NCBI GenBank assembly: GCA_964016885.1
Contig: OZ024742.1
Coordinates: 356,996,001 to 357,060,000, forward strand
Direction: 5' to 3'
Length of the DNA stretch: 64,000 nt
From: Eledone cirrhosa
Lineage: Eukaryota
A program made the position numbers and the translations under genes. Of this stretch, positions 14,421 to 28,125 are shown piece after piece. The notes under the pieces are model-generated. The model was not told the origin of the DNA. It did not search any database and saw nothing but the letters and a program-made list of their open reading frames with translations. The number at the start of each line of letters is the position of its first letter. Within the stretch, counting starts at the first letter, position 1.

Positions 14421-15032
14421 TCATGTTTTAGTACCTTCTAACAGTATGTCATGTTTTAGTACCTTCTAACAATATATCATGTTTTAGTACCTTCTAACAG
14501 TATGTCATATTTTAGTACCTTCTAACAGTATATCATGTTTTAGTACCTTCTAACAGTATGTCATATTTTAGTACCTTCTAACAGTATATCATGTTTTAGT
14601 ACCTTCTAACAATATATCATGTTTTAGTACCTTCTAACAGTATGTCATGTTTTAGTACCTTCTAACAATATATCATGTTTTAGTACCTTCTAACAGTATG
14701 TCATATTTTAGTACCTTCTAACAGTATATCATGTTTTAGTACCTTCTAACAGTATGTCATATTTTAGTAACTTCTAACAGTATGTCATGTTTTAGTACCT
14801 TCTAACAGTATGTCATATTTTAGTAACTTCTAACAGTATGTCATGTTTTAGTACCTTCTAACAGTATGTCATATTTTAGTAACTTCTAACAGTATGTCAT
14901 GTTTTAGTACCTTCTAACAGTATGTCATATTTTAGTAACTTCTAACAGTATGTCATGTTTTAGTACCTTCTAACAGTATGTCATATTTTAGTAACTTCTA
15001 ACAGTATGTCATGTTTTAGTACCTTCTAACAG
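14421..15032. repeat. 28-bp minisatellite, about 22 copies
   Basis: Unit TCATGTTTTAGTACCTTCTAACAGTATG. Confidence 0.95.
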
Positions 15033-15099
15033 CATCCAAATATATTTGAACTCCTTAACATCATGTTATGATTCTCCTTGATGCAATCCAACCACCAAT

Positions 15100-15620
15100 T
15101 TCCTTAAATTCTTTTTTTTTTACAATGATACCTATGATTATTTAAACAACAAACCTGCATTAAACTATTTCATATAAAAGTGTAATTTGTTTACTTCGAC
15201 TTGAAAGATATTTTGTATCTTAACATAAATATGAATTTCAATGAAATTAATCCAAAATTCCACAGTTAAACAATCAATATTTAAAGATGTTGGAACTATT
15301 AGATTTGAAATCTAAATGAATTAACGAAACTTTTATTATTGAAGTTTCTTCATTATTTGGATAAAAGCTAATTTCTCTGCAATTAGTTGAGTTAATGTTA
15401 CCTTCCAGCCATATATTCTTTTGGATTAGTCTTGAAACAAAAATTACGTGAAATCAAATTAGTTTGAGGAAATAGGGATGTTAATCTTTTGATGGATGTA
15501 CTTCTAAGCAATGAAACATAACTGAAAGAAAAAATACTTTTTCCAAATGTAATTGATAAAATATTTTTAGATTTCTCAACTTCTAAATTATGTCCATTTA
15601 ATATTATCACTTTGATAGTT
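15100..15620 (-). mobile_element. highly decayed non-LTR retrotransposon RT C-terminal fragment (I/Jockey-like)
   Basis: The minus-strand ORF IILNGHNLEVEKSKNILSITFGKSIFSFSYVSLLRSTSIKRL resembles the I.LNG..L......LG.TFD..L.F..HV....KRL pattern that follows the RT core in such LINEs. Confidence 0.35.
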
Positions 15621-15832
15621 TCCTATGTCTAATTATATAAAATATCCTGATGGGTAAACATTTTTTTTCTAAAAACCCGCCTCAATTCTGTTGCATTTAA
15701 AACAAGATTTGCATATGTTTTTCATGAGAAAAGTTCCCCTAGAAACAGTCGCTCTGATACTAATCTGAGAATCATTTTGATCCCATCACTGATACTGTAT
15801 TATTTCCCCAGTAAAAGGTACAATCATGAATT

Positions 15833-17326
15833 GATACAAGGATAAAAATGATGCTTTAGAAGGGTTAAACTACAGAGGAAGAAAACTGATGGACCAAGTT
15901 ATGAAAATGATGGAAAGAGTTCTAGCATAGCTAATTAGGAAAATCATTAAATTAGATGAGATAAAGTTTGGTTTTGTGGCAGGGAAAAGTACTACAGATG
16001 CCTTCTTCTCAGTGAGACAACTACAAGAAAAGTTCCTAGCCCAAAATAAGCTGCTATATCTAGTTTTTGTTGATCTAGAAAAGCCTTTTGACAGAGTACC
16101 TAATTCTATCATCTGGAGGTCCTTAAGAAAAGTAGGTGTAGAAAAAGGGCTTGTGAGAGCAGTGCGAGGCACAAACAGTAGAACTGTCAGTTAAGTGACA
16201 GTAGGAAGTGAGTTTAATGAGGAAGTCAAGGAGCAGGTAGGAGATTATCAAGGTTCGGTTCTCAGCCTACTGCTGTTTAACATAGTTCTCCAGGCCATAA
16301 CAAAGGAGTTTAAGACTGGCTGTTCATGGGAACCACATGATGGGAACCAGATGATCTGGTCCTGAGAGCTGAATTCATTGAAGAACTAGCAAATAAATTC
16401 AACTAAGAAAACAGAATTTAGAAAAAAATGAATTGAGAGTAAATGTAACCAAACTAAAGTGCTAGTAAGTAGGAAAGAAAATAAAACCCTGATTCCTGCA
16501 AGGAAATGACTCTGCATAATATGTAAAAAAGAATTAGGCATAAACACTTTTGATGTACACAAATCTTGGTTAGACAAGATATGTAGTGGGATAATGAGTA
16601 AACTAACAGAAAGGGAAGAATTTGCATGTAAAAGATGTACAGGAGTTATCAAGGGAGAGAGCCTCGATGTTATAAACCTTTTCCCATCTCATCAAGGATC
16701 CATAGAAGTGGTTGATTGCTTCTGTTATCTAGCTGACCTAATTAGTAGCAGAGGAAGGTGTTCCAAAAGAATAATAGCTAGAATAAGAATAGGATGGAAG
16801 AAGTTTAGAGAGCTACTCCCTCTGTTGACAAGAAAAGGTTTCTCCTAGTGTACAAAAGTATGGCTATATGACGCCTGTATGTGAAAGGTGATGCTGCATG
16901 GTAGTGAAACATGGGCAGTGACTACAGACGATGTGCAGACTGGAGAGAAACGAAACTACCTTACATCATTGGATGTGCAATGTAAACATGAGAGAATGGG
17001 AGGGCTTGGATAAACTGAGGGAGAAACTGGGTTTTAATAGGAATCCAAATTAGTGTGCAGGAGAGAAAACTGCATAGGTGTGGACAAAAGATGCACTTGG
17101 ATGATGATCATTTGCTGAAGAAGTGCCAGGAAATCCCAGTGGAAGGAAGCCATAGTACAGGTAGACCAAGGAAGACCTGGGCGGAATTGACGAGAACTGA
17201 TCTTAAATCACTGAAACTGAGAGAGGAGATGGCAAAGGAATGTAAGGAGTTGAGAGATGCTGTGCTGAAAAGGACATGTTCAACCCTTGCAAGCATGGAA
17301 AAATGGTCTAAAAGACGATGATGATG
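15833..17326 (+). mobile_element. decayed RTE-clade LINE (RT to 3' end)
   Basis: Fragments GKSTTDAFFSVRQLQEKFL, FVDLEKPFDRVP, GWKKFRELLPLL and GRPRKTW are collinear with the 48942-51746 ORF but carry many stops and frameshifts. It ends in a (GAT)n tail directly after the ORF. Confidence 0.9.
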
Positions 17327-17447
17327 AAGCTTGGAAGATTGGTAAAGCTTATTTGCTATGTAAAAGAGAGCATTTTGTCACTTTCATCCTTTTTATTGAG
17401 AATGACGATGTTATGTGTAAAACTGTAATATCTACAGTTTAAAAAAG

Positions 17448-17690
17448 GTTCTTCTTTGCCCACTTATTCCTGAGTGGGTTGTGGAGGCATAGTCATCAAA
17501 CACTCCTTCCAGTGGTTCTTGTCAGAAGCAACCATCTCTATCTGATCCTGCTGTATCCTCAAGCAAGAGCAGCCAAGTCCATGGATGTTAACCAACCATC
17601 TTCCTTGTGTCTCCTACCAGTTGGTTTGGCCCATCAAATCTGTCCAGAAATTCTTTCCTGAGACATTCTAACCACATGCCCAAAACGTTT
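17448..17690 (-). mobile_element. 3' fragment of a second RTE-type family with a (GAA)n tail
   Basis: The reverse complement matches the 3' part of 22800-23250 and 32020-32450. Confidence 0.6.
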
Positions 17691-19304
17691 GTGGAGTAAT
17701 TTGTCTATGTTCCTCATAAGGAATATATCTTGTCGTAATTTGGTAAATATCCGTTGTATAAAACATACTTATGATAAGGTTTGTGTTGGTGTCAGAAAGG
17801 GCATCTGGACATAGAAAACCTGCCCAAATCAACCTCCTTCAACCCATACAAGCATGCAAGACATAAAGTTGATGATGATGATTACATACACACACATATA
17901 TAAATGTCTACATGCATGTGTGTGTGTATGTGTATGCACGTGTGTGTGTCTGTGTGTGTTGAGTTCCGAAAATATAATGATTAATTCAAGAAAGCCTGAC
18001 ATTCATGTAAAGCAGCATAAATGGCTGTTTAGCATTGCTGAATACTGGTGTTTGGCCTTTAACTGTAGTTAAAGACCTTTGTCAATGTGAACATTCAACT
18101 GTCTGAACCAAACTTCACTGTTATTTGCATTTGAAAATAAAGAAAAGAAAGATCAACCAACCATTTTCTCATGTTTTCAAGAAAACCAACTGTAAGGAAG
18201 ATAAAAAGAGAACATTTTTAAAAAGACTGGAATCTACCAGATTCTTCTCACTCTATTCCCACACACTTCCCCAGAAGAAGGAATAAGAAACATTCTTTAT
18301 AACAGTTAAATTTAAAAAAATATGATGGGAGTGAAAAGCATGAAATAGATAATGCATGAGTTGAGCAAATGTTCGTGTTGTTTATGTCGAAGAATATGGT
18401 TATGAGTTTGAGGACTGCGTAACAAAGTCTGTCTTCTCTAGTTGATAGACATAGAGAAGAGATCTAATTGTTATGTACATTTGTTTATCTGGAGACTATT
18501 CTGTTAATGATTTATCTCCATGGTTAACCAATGTGTCTTTATTACCATACTTCATATTCTTATTAAAATATTGCATTGAATGCCTGTCAATATTTATTTG
18601 TTCAAAGGTAAACCAGCTTAACATATCAAGTGGCACCATTTAAACAGCAGCTGGTAATGACTTGGATATAATGTTGCAATGAAGACATTTTAACCATGTC
18701 ACTACCAGACTTTTGTTACTGGTTTCTCTGACACTTGTTTAACTGAATTTTATAATATACAATAACTTTGATATCTGGATGATATACGAGTCATAAAGCC
18801 AATGGAAGTGCAGTGCTATAATTTAACATTTCAAAGTAAATTCCACATTCACAAGTCAATCTAGAATAAAACTACATCCATATTAAATGTTTTATGTTCT
18901 GTATATCCATTGCAATAACCCTTTCTTGTTTATGCTTGGCATGAAATTTTCATCTCAAACATTATTTATAAATATTTTCTATTAAATTACACTTGTTTAG
19001 CAAACTACATGCTGTTTATCTGTTTATCAAACAAGTGTATGATATACACACTACACAAACATCCACACAACCACACATACTATTTTATTCACTAATTTAT
19101 TATTTAAACAATATCAAGTTCTTCTCTGACTTTGTTGGTATTGTATGGACCCATACTTCCTGACGGAGTTGTAGGGGCCCCATACATCATTACTTATGGC
19201 ATTGTTAAACCTAGTGAATCCCCAGGCCTGGATACAGATGATTTATTCCAGAGAATGGAAGTGAGAAAAGGATATAGAGGAAGAATTGACTCCAGTACTT
19301 GACT

Positions 19305-19545
19305 ACACACCTATGCAGGTTTAGCTGGCCTCCTCCAAAGTATATCTCGTTGGAGGTTTCTTGCATGATTTTTAATGATAGGGACCCCAGTCCTATCATC
19401 TCATTTCTACAGCTGAGTAAACTGGAGCAACGTGAAATAAAGTGTCTTGCTCAAGGAAACAACACATCACCCAGTCCGAGAATTGAACTCACAATCTTTC
19501 GATTGCAAGCCAAATGCTCTAACCACTAAGCCATGCGCTTTCACT
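19305..19545 (-). mobile_element. tRNA-derived CORE-like SINE inserted in an older SINE
   Basis: Has an A box TGGCTTAGTGG, a B box GAGTTCAATTC and the CORE-like TGTTTCCTTGAGCAAGACACTT. It is flanked by a 12-bp duplication CAGTACTTGACT (19293-19304 and 19546-19557). Confidence 0.75.
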
Positions 19546-20799
19546 CAGTACTTGACTGGTACTTTTTATCAATCTTGAATGGATGAAAGGCAAAGTTGAC
19601 CGCAGCAGATTTTGAACTCAGAGAGCAGAGAGCCAGAAAAAATATTGCAAAGCATTCTATCTGACATTCTAACAACTCTGCCATTTCACAGCCTATATGA
19701 CCTGAATAAAGATATACATTCTTTTAATATTTTAGTCAGAAAATAATGAGCAGTGGTTATGTCCCTTTTAAATGCCTCCCTAACCAAGAGAAGGAAGGAT
19801 AAACAAGTCTGATTGTTTAAAGATATCTGTTTATATTCTCAGTTGTTAGCATTCAACCAGTTTTAGTCTCAGTAGCTGGAGTTGTTACTGAGTTGAAATT
19901 ATGTCAGCTTCACAACCAAACAATCCACTGTTGATATATTTTAGTTGACTGTTGGATCTTGTTGATTGCCATTGATTCTTTTCTTTATATTTATTTACAA
20001 CCCAAGGATATCCTTATACTCTTCTTGTTGTATGACACATGCACAATAGTTTGAGAGCGAAACTAAGGAATCATTTGCAGCATTATGGATTGCCTCAAGG
20101 CCATTGAGGAGGCAATCCCAAACAACATGCAGTACTAACTGATGAGATTTCTTGTAATGTACTTTTCTGTCATGTACAATGTTTTTTAATATCTAAAGAA
20201 AATTAATTATCACAGGAATGCTACCACTTAAAATAGAATTCCACTGCAGAGAGATTAGCAAAATTTAATAAGCAGAGAGTTAGAATAAGGGGTGGGGTGG
20301 GGTTCAATTATTCAAGACCCATGACTATGTTTCATGTCATACACCGAAAATTCTCATCATCATCGCCAACACCACCATAACTATCATCATCATTAGATAG
20401 CATCTGCTCTTAGAAGATTGAATTCCATGGATCATTTTTATGAAATCTATAATTAACTACAGATGTGAACTTAGTAGGGCTTTAGCAAGATGTGAGGTAT
20501 CACGGCATGACAAAATTGATCTTCACAGGATTAGAACACAGAATGCAAAGATCTAGAGTAAGGAACACAAGGTATTTTCTCTGACACTCTAATGCTTTAG
20601 TCAATTCACACCTTTAACTCTTTTGTTACCATGTTTATAATGAAACACGCTGTTTATGTTTCATTTGATTTTGAAAATGATAAAAATTTAGAGGAATTTT
20701 GTAAAATAAGTAAATTTTTCATGAACAAATTGATGTTAGTAATATTATTACTTGAGAAAATATTCATACATATAATTTTGATCATCTTTGTGACGATGG

Positions 20800-21365
20800 T
20801 CAAACATTCCTGACAAAGCCCTTCCTCAATTCACGATTTTCCATTGGTCCTGGTAACTACTCCCTACTGAGGTTTGTATCATCTGAAAGTTGATCCACGA
20901 AGGTTCAAGCAGGTCTCCCTCTAACACATCCCCCGTGAGTTGGTTCCCACAATAGTAACTTGTGTATAACTTTCAGCAAACTCTCCAGCAATGTCTTGCT
21001 AATCACAACCATCTTATAAGCCATTGTAGTTGTTATCTTGGGCAAGTTTCTCTATAAACTTTCATTTGTAATATGTAGATGCCAGTTTATGTTTTGTACA
21101 AACTTAAGTATGTTAGTTTATGCACCATCTAGTTTCTTCTCAGGTGCTTGTGTCAGGGTCCATATACTTGACCCATACAACAACACTGACTCAAGTGCTT
21201 GTGTCAGGGTCCGTGTACCTGATCTATACAACACTGACTCAAGTGCTTGTATCAGGGTCCATGTACCTGATCTATACAAAAACACTGACTCAAGTGCTTG
21301 TGTCAGGGTCCATATATCTGATCCATACAACACTGACTCAAATGCTTGTACCTGATCCTTACAAC
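20800..21365 (-). mobile_element. RTE/RTEX-type LINE 3' fragment with an internal tandem amplification
   Basis: The minus-strand translation gives ESVLLYGSSIWTLTQAPEKKLDGA, HITNE, NLPKIT and LLWEPTHG..RGRP. The 48/51-bp repeats lie at 21139-21360. Confidence 0.75.
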
Positions 21366-22384
21366 ACATACTCAACAGATGCTCTGAAAAATGATATTTT
21401 TCTGGGTAAATCCGACTTCCATATCTTTTCTGATTTGTTCATTGAAGCCCAGACTTTGGAAATTCTAGATGGAATGCTTGAATATAAGGTAATATAGTTT
21501 AAAATGGGCAGTTTAGCATAACAAAGCCATAAGCAATTTCAGGCAGTTTGGTATGAAAATATTTAAGACATAATGCTACACAATAAAGTTGGGATGGTCA
21601 TATGTAGAATATTGACTGCATACAATGATTGATTATGTCTATGCTATAGTTTGATCTATTCAAAGCTGCTCACATTTATACAACAACAACATGATCCATA
21701 CAAATAATTAGTTAAATTTTTATGATACCAACCTACCTATAACTAGATTCCATGGGTCCAGAGTGCAACACTACCTCTATGAAAGCATTTCTATTTAGGC
21801 AAAAACATTTTTATCATAATGCTACAGTCCCTATCTTATGAATATCCTATTTACAAACAGTCTCACAAAGAAAAAAAAAATGTCTGAGTTTTGTGGACTC
21901 TTTTCGGCCCTGGGTTCCTTCTTTTGCAGCATAAAAACAAGCCATAATAGTACCTATGGTGTGGGATACTATTCTGCTTTTGCAGTAATCATTGGTTAAC
22001 GTCCCTTTTTCTAGCTAGCAGGAGTAGGACAGGCTGTTCTTTTGGGAGAGATCAAGTCGGATGACAATTTTTGACTCACACAGGGTTGAATTTGGCTTGG
22101 TTTCTACAGCTGGATGCCCTTCCTAATGTCAACCACATTCATGTTTATTCAATATAAAACTCACAAATGCAATAACATCAAAGCATTTTGTTAAATCATG
22201 CCAGAAGTATCAGCTTGATATCATCATCATCATCATTAACATCGTTAACATCACTGATTTGTATGTCGACATATCCATACAGGCATTTGTTCAATGTGTT
22301 GTTTTGAGACAATGTTTTATAGCCAGATGCTCTTACTAATGTCAATCTTTTTAGTTACCTCTTATAAATAGCATGGGTATGATG

Positions 22385-22665
22385 CAGGGTTGGATATAGA
22401 CCTCGGGGGCCTGGAGCACTTCAGGGTTTGGGGGGGGGGGGGGGGGGTTCATACACAAAAAATTACAATATACAGCAACCCACTCCCATTTTATATATCA
22501 AAATTAGCTTGGTGCAAGAAATTGGAATTGTAAAGTTATACATACAGGTATTAAATTAAAAAATTCTAGCAACCATAAAACTAAAAAGCCCAACTGAGGA
22601 CACAAATAGATTGCTACAGCCTTCGCAGGAGGCCTGGGGCAATTGCCCCCATTAAATCCAAGTGG
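22385..22665. mobile_element. hAT-like MITE
   Basis: Starts CAGGGTTGGATATAG and ends ATTAAATCCAAGTGG. The 8-bp TSD GTATGATG/GTATGTTG matches 7/8. It is related to 28126-28407. Confidence 0.6.
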
Positions 22666-22799
22666 GTATGTTGCACCTATTCTAAAAATAGGATATATAA
22701 TAATAAATCAAAGAATGTCTGTTATTTTACTAAATCCTCCAAATGGTATTTTTAAAATGAACTTGAACAAAATATGTAGTGTGTTTCAATTAAAATATT

Positions 22800-23250
22800 G
22801 TCATGAATCTTGGATAATGACTGAAAGAATATGATCGTGAACACAAGCGGCCAAAATGGGGTTCCTCCAAAGAGTCTTATGAGTAACATTACTCAATAGA
22901 GGTTGTAGTTCAGAGATCAGAGATTTGCTAGAGGTGGTGCCACTATTTCTCTGAATTGAGAGATCACATCTCCGATACTATGGGTATTTAATTAGAATGT
23001 CTCAGGAAAGAATTGCTGGACAGATTTTACAGGCAGAGCTAACCGACAAAAGAGACCCAGGGGTAGATCCCAAGCAAGATGATTGGATAATATCTATGTG
23101 CTTGACTGGTCTTGTTTGGGAATTCAGCCGGATCAGTTGGAAATGGTTGCTTCTGACAGGACCTGCTGGAAGGAGTGTTTGAGAACCCATCCCCCACAAC
23201 ATCAAGAATAAATGGGCCAAGAAGAAGAAGAAGGTGGATGAAGAAGAAAG
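22800..23250 (+). mobile_element. RTE-type LINE 3' fragment with a (GAA)n tail
   Basis: Contains HESWIMTERI, QAAKMGFL and RMSQERIAGQILQAE motifs. It is homologous to 32020-32450. Confidence 0.7.
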
Positions 23251-24144
23251 AGAAGTGAACCAACTTTATGGGCTGAAGATTTGGCAATCACCATGATATC
23301 ATCATGCCAGCTTAAATCAGTGGAAAATCTCAAACCAAGAAGATTTATAGAGCTGCTACAATATCAAAATTGGCTTACCTTTGATATTTGCTTATAAAAT
23401 TTCTGTATTGTTTCAGGATTAACATGTTTTGGAAACATGTTATGTAGAGTTTCAACAAAACTATCAGGGAGTTGAAATTTAAAAATAAGTTGCAGCTGAA
23501 AATAGTTGGCATATGAAAACATATTAAAATATATTATGCAGGCTTGGTGGTTGTGGGGCTAAGGAGTTTGTTTCATAACCATGTAGTTTCAGGTAAAGCC
23601 AAACTACATGGGCCTTTTGTCAAGTGTCTATTATATTTATTTTCCAGGGAGAAGGCAGATAGAACATAATTACATATATCATCATCATCATCACTGTTTA
23701 ATGTCCATTTCCCTGCTAGCATTGGTAAGACGAGTTGTCCTGTTGTGAGGCAAACCAAGTCAGACGACCATGTCTAGTTCATAGAGAACTGACATTGGTC
23801 TGGTTTCTACAGCTGGTAAACACAATGTAAACACAATAATAGGTGAATTCCACTGAAAGTTTATTAGTTCATAAGTTTTCTGTCATAAGATTGATTTCTC
23901 ATTTAATAGTTGATGCTAATTCCATATTAACTAAATACAAACAGTCTTGAGATTTCATGTAGAAATTAGAAAGTTCTGGTAGGTTAAACTGTTTGTTTTT
24001 GTTGTTTTTGTTGTTGTTGTTGTTTTGCTGATGGTGAAAGAGTGAGATAAAGAGTGGGAGGTAGATAAATATGGAAGGAAAAAGAAAGAGAGATGCTTAC
24101 GAAGCAATGACATACAATATTGGAAAGAGAATATATATATATAT

Positions 24145-24304
24145 GGAGGTGCCACGGCAAAAAAGCACCCAGCACTCACTGTAAATGAGGTTGGTGTTAG
24201 GAAGGGCATCCAACTGTAGAAATCAAGCCAGAATCAGTTCCCGTCCCACCCTTGCAAGCAGGGAAAAACGGACGTAAAATGATGATGATGATGATGATGA
24301 TGAT
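24145..24304 (+). mobile_element. 5'-truncated SINE (3' half of the CORE-like family)
   Basis: Contains GGTTGGTGTTAGGAAGGGCATCCA and GGACGTAAAA(TGA)n, matching 57653-57910. Confidence 0.8.
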
Positions 24305-25030
24305 ATAAATAAAAATATATATATACACACACATATATACACACACACATATATATATACACACACATGCACATATATATGTGTGTGTGTGTGTGTGTAT
24401 ATATGTGTATATATATATATACATGCACACACTCACACACACATATATATATATAGAGAGAGAGAGAGGGGGTGAGAAAGAGAGAGAGAGGGAGAGAGAG
24501 AGATGAGGGGGAATGAGGAAGGATTAAAAATGGAAGATAAATGCAAAATTGTAAATAAGGAGGATAATGATAAATATTAGTGGATGCAATAGTGACAATA
24601 GTCAGAATGGAATGATGTGGAGGAGAGAGTGAGAGATGTTTGTATTGGAGCAGTATCTATTGTAATGAAAACGATAAAGAAATAAACATGGAGAAAAATT
24701 GATTGATAAGTGATTAAATTGATATTTGTGAGTGGCCTGAGGCAAAAGATGATAAGGCTGTAGCCAGCCAGTCATAAAATGATTCCATTTGAAAAGATAA
24801 TACAATTTGTTAGTGTAGCCATATAATCTTATCTATAGCCAGGCCATAATAGAATAAGAGACCAGACAGAAAAACAACCTCGTTTTATAACATTTCTTCT
24901 GTATGTGCATTTAATAACATAACAGATGCACCACCATCATGCTATGACCATTATACTTGCTATGACTGATATAATCGTTATATCATATAGTTATGACTAA
25001 CATAGAAGTTATAACTAACAAAAGTTTTGA

Positions 25031-25608
25031 CCAGTCTGGAACCCCTATCCTACTCAGAACATTGATCTCCTGGAAACTATTCAGAGACATGGAACCAAGC
25101 AAATACCCTCCATCAGGCATCTACCATACTCTGAACACCTTGCTTCCCTGGGCAAGGATACATTGAAGCCCCAACATCTGGCAATGGACTTAATAAACAC
25201 CCACAAAATTATTAACCAACTTGCCAACAACCCTGAGTACCTTTTTGATCTCCATATGTCTAACACACGTGGGCATGCCTACAAAGTCAGAAAACGGCAC
25301 AGCTCCCATGACTTTCTGAAACATTTTTTCACGCTCAGAGTTGGAACAAACTACCTGCATCGAACAAACTACCTGCATTATTTATTAGCTGTTGGGACAC
25401 TGCATCCTGTAAAACCTCCATGCTTCCTGAGATTCGCCAACACTATACCTGATATTCCCCCTCCATACACATGCACACATGTATATCATGACGCACACAC
25501 TGATCACTTTCTTGACTTTTGTACATTATTATATGTACTATACATGCACCTTTGATGAGTTGTAGTGCACCTGAGCACTGTACACAATAATTTCATTATT
25601 ATTATTAT
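25031..25608 (+). mobile_element. CR1/L2-like LINE 3' fragment
   Basis: Contains PVWNPY, IDLLETIQR, HLPYSE, TRGHAYK and FFTLRV motifs, and a 3' UTR ending in (ATT)n. Confidence 0.8.
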
Positions 25609-25821
25609 ACTAGTTACGATTACAATGCCAGCTATAACCATTATACTAGATATGACTGATATAATTGTTATATCATATAGTTATGACTAACATAGAAGTT
25701 ATAACTAACAGAAGTTTTGACCATCATACTAGTTAAGATTACAATGCCAGCTATAACCATTATACTTGCTATGGTTGATATAATTGTTATCAATATCATA
25801 TAGTTATGACTAACAGAATTT

Positions 25822-26378
25822 AACATCTATCTTCCACACAAGTTTGGGTTAGACGGGTTTGTCCCAATTAGAGGCAAGTTGGGTGAGATGACCATATCTC
25901 GCTCATATAGGAGAGTTTCTGGCTGGTTTTCTACAGCTGGATGCTCTTCCTAATGCCAACCACATTTACAGTTTGGGCTGGGTACTTTTTGTCATGTCTT
26001 TTACACATCCACTTTACAGTGTGGGCTGGATGTTCTTTACAGTGTGGACTGGGCACCTTTGCTGTGTCACCGACACAACACAGTGGGGACTAAGGAGGGT
26101 GGAGGGGGTTGGGGAAAAAGATGTGGACACGGTAGTAGGGAGGTATGGTTACTGATAAGAGAGGTGGATGTGAGGGGATAGCAGGTTCATACGCATCACA
26201 TGTCCATACCAACGCAATCTCCTCTCCTGCATGCAACAACTGTTCCCTCTTAAACCTAATTTCTCACCCAGTGCATTTATACTTTGCCATTCATGTATAT
26301 TGCTATTGTACATCCAGGGAAGCATGGAGGCTTCATTTCTTTCCAATCTTCGCAGGTCTTCCACACACAGTGCCCAGA
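25822..26378 (-). mobile_element. RTE LINE 3' fragment including the 3' UTR module
   Basis: EDLRRLERNEASML and ERRLRWYGHVMRM are followed by the shared GAAGAGCATCCAGCTGTAGAAA tail. Confidence 0.8.
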
Positions 26379-27317
26379 ATGCTAGTTATAACCATTATAC
26401 TAGCTATGACTGATATAATTGTTATGACTATCATATATTTATGACTAACATAGATGTTTTGACCATTATACTAGCTAGGAATATCTTGCTACTTATGACC
26501 ATTACACTAGTGTTATGAATAACAGAATTTTTGATCATGATACTAGCTATGACTATCGTATAGTTATGACTAACATGCTAGTGTTAATACATTCACAGTA
26601 GTTATTATAATCATAGTAGCTATTACCATCATAGTAGATAGTACCATGTAATTATCACTGTCATAATAATTATTATAGTAGTTATATATCATAGTAGATA
26701 CTGCCACCATAATGGTTATTGCAATCATAATCATTATTGAAATCACATCAGTAATTCCATCATAGTTAAGTGAGTCATTCTTTTAAGACAATAGAGAGTG
26801 ATTTGATGGTGAATTGCCTTCTATTTCTAACAGGTCAAGTGCCTACATCGATGTTCCCTTGTGAAAATGAAGCTACTTTAAACTGACTTGCATGTTGTAC
26901 ATGTGACCCCAAGCCTTGGGAGTGTTTAAAACTGTATGGATTCATGTCTTGTATAACAGAGATGTGTGATGACTCTGCCATCACCACCACTACTACTAAT
27001 CAGCCACTCTCTAGATATGCTGATATGATATGACAGTTATAATGGCTGGTCTCAAGAGTGATATATAAGAAGGATTTTCATGAGTACCATCTGATTCATT
27101 AAATATTCATTAAGTATTCATCAATTACTACAGAGATCTTATATAAGCTGATTCAATTGACTTTATGTTGTATTTAAATAATTATGAAACAAAAATAAGA
27201 AAGTTGAAAAAGGTAATAACAGCTATAAAGCATCTAAAACTTTCTGTTGTTGAATATTTTTTTAGTCTCCATGTTCTGAAAGATCTTGTTTAGTTAGAAT
27301 ATCCTTGACAATATATC

Positions 27318-27703
27318 ACACATACTGGTAGGTTTTAAAGACCATATATCACACATATTGGTAGATTTTAAGGACCATGTATCATACATATTGGTAGATT
27401 TTAAGGACCATATATCACACATATTGACAGGTTTTAAGGACCATATCTTACATATATTGGTAGATTTTAAAAACCATATCTTACATATATTGGTAGATTT
27501 TAAAGACCATATATCACACATATTGGTAGATTTTTAAGGACCATATCTTACATATATTGGTAGATTTTAAAGACCACATATCACACATATTGGTAGGTTT
27601 TAAAGACCATATCTTACACATATTGGTAATTTTTAAGGACCATATATCACACATATTGGTAGGTTTTAAGGACCATATCTTACATATATTGGTAGGTTTT
27701 AAA
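27318..27703. repeat. 33-bp minisatellite, about 11-12 copies
   Basis: Unit CATATATCACACATATTGGTAGATTTTAAGGAC. Confidence 0.92.
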
Positions 27704-28125
27704 GTCCAGCTTCGACATCTATTTCTCTCTCAGGCTGGTATTCTTTACAAAAGGAACAAATAGTGCCATATAGTTCCTGGGTAGTCTCTACAAGATCCTA
27801 GCAGGGATTCTATATGACCTGTTCTTGATATAACAAAGTTTAAGGATATATAGCCCATTCAAACTAACATAGACTTTGTTTATTAAATTTATTCAGTACC
27901 AGATACATTTTTAATGTTGACAGATCTAGTTGAGATAAAGAGAAATTGAAATTTGAGAGCATATCTTTAGATTCTTCCCAAAATATTCACATTTTTGCCT
28001 TATTATGTTTTTGCTGAATGATTTGACTTGTGATATTTGGAATGTAATCTATATCTATTACTTCCCTTGGTGCGCTCTCTTTTGTTAATTAATCTGCTTT
28101 TCTGTATGTAAAGATATGTATTATC

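Larger units (their letters stand above)
24940..26580. repeat. degenerate tandem repeat of about 120 bp, interrupted by two LINE fragments
   Basis: The block CCATTATACT.G.TATGACTGATATAAT.GTTA recurs near 24945, 25635, 25755 and 26390. Confidence 0.65.

Noticed and set aside
19470-19545. tRNA gene
   Set aside because: The A and B boxes and an anticodon-like arm are present, but there is no proper acceptor stem and it runs directly into the SINE CORE-like block. It is a SINE head.
27318-27720. 33-bp array as a third LINE-motif-derived minisatellite (minus strand reads CRSWTLK and DIWSLK)
   Set aside because: The resemblance to the CESWTL motif is only a few residues, and the flanks show no recognisable LINE sequence.
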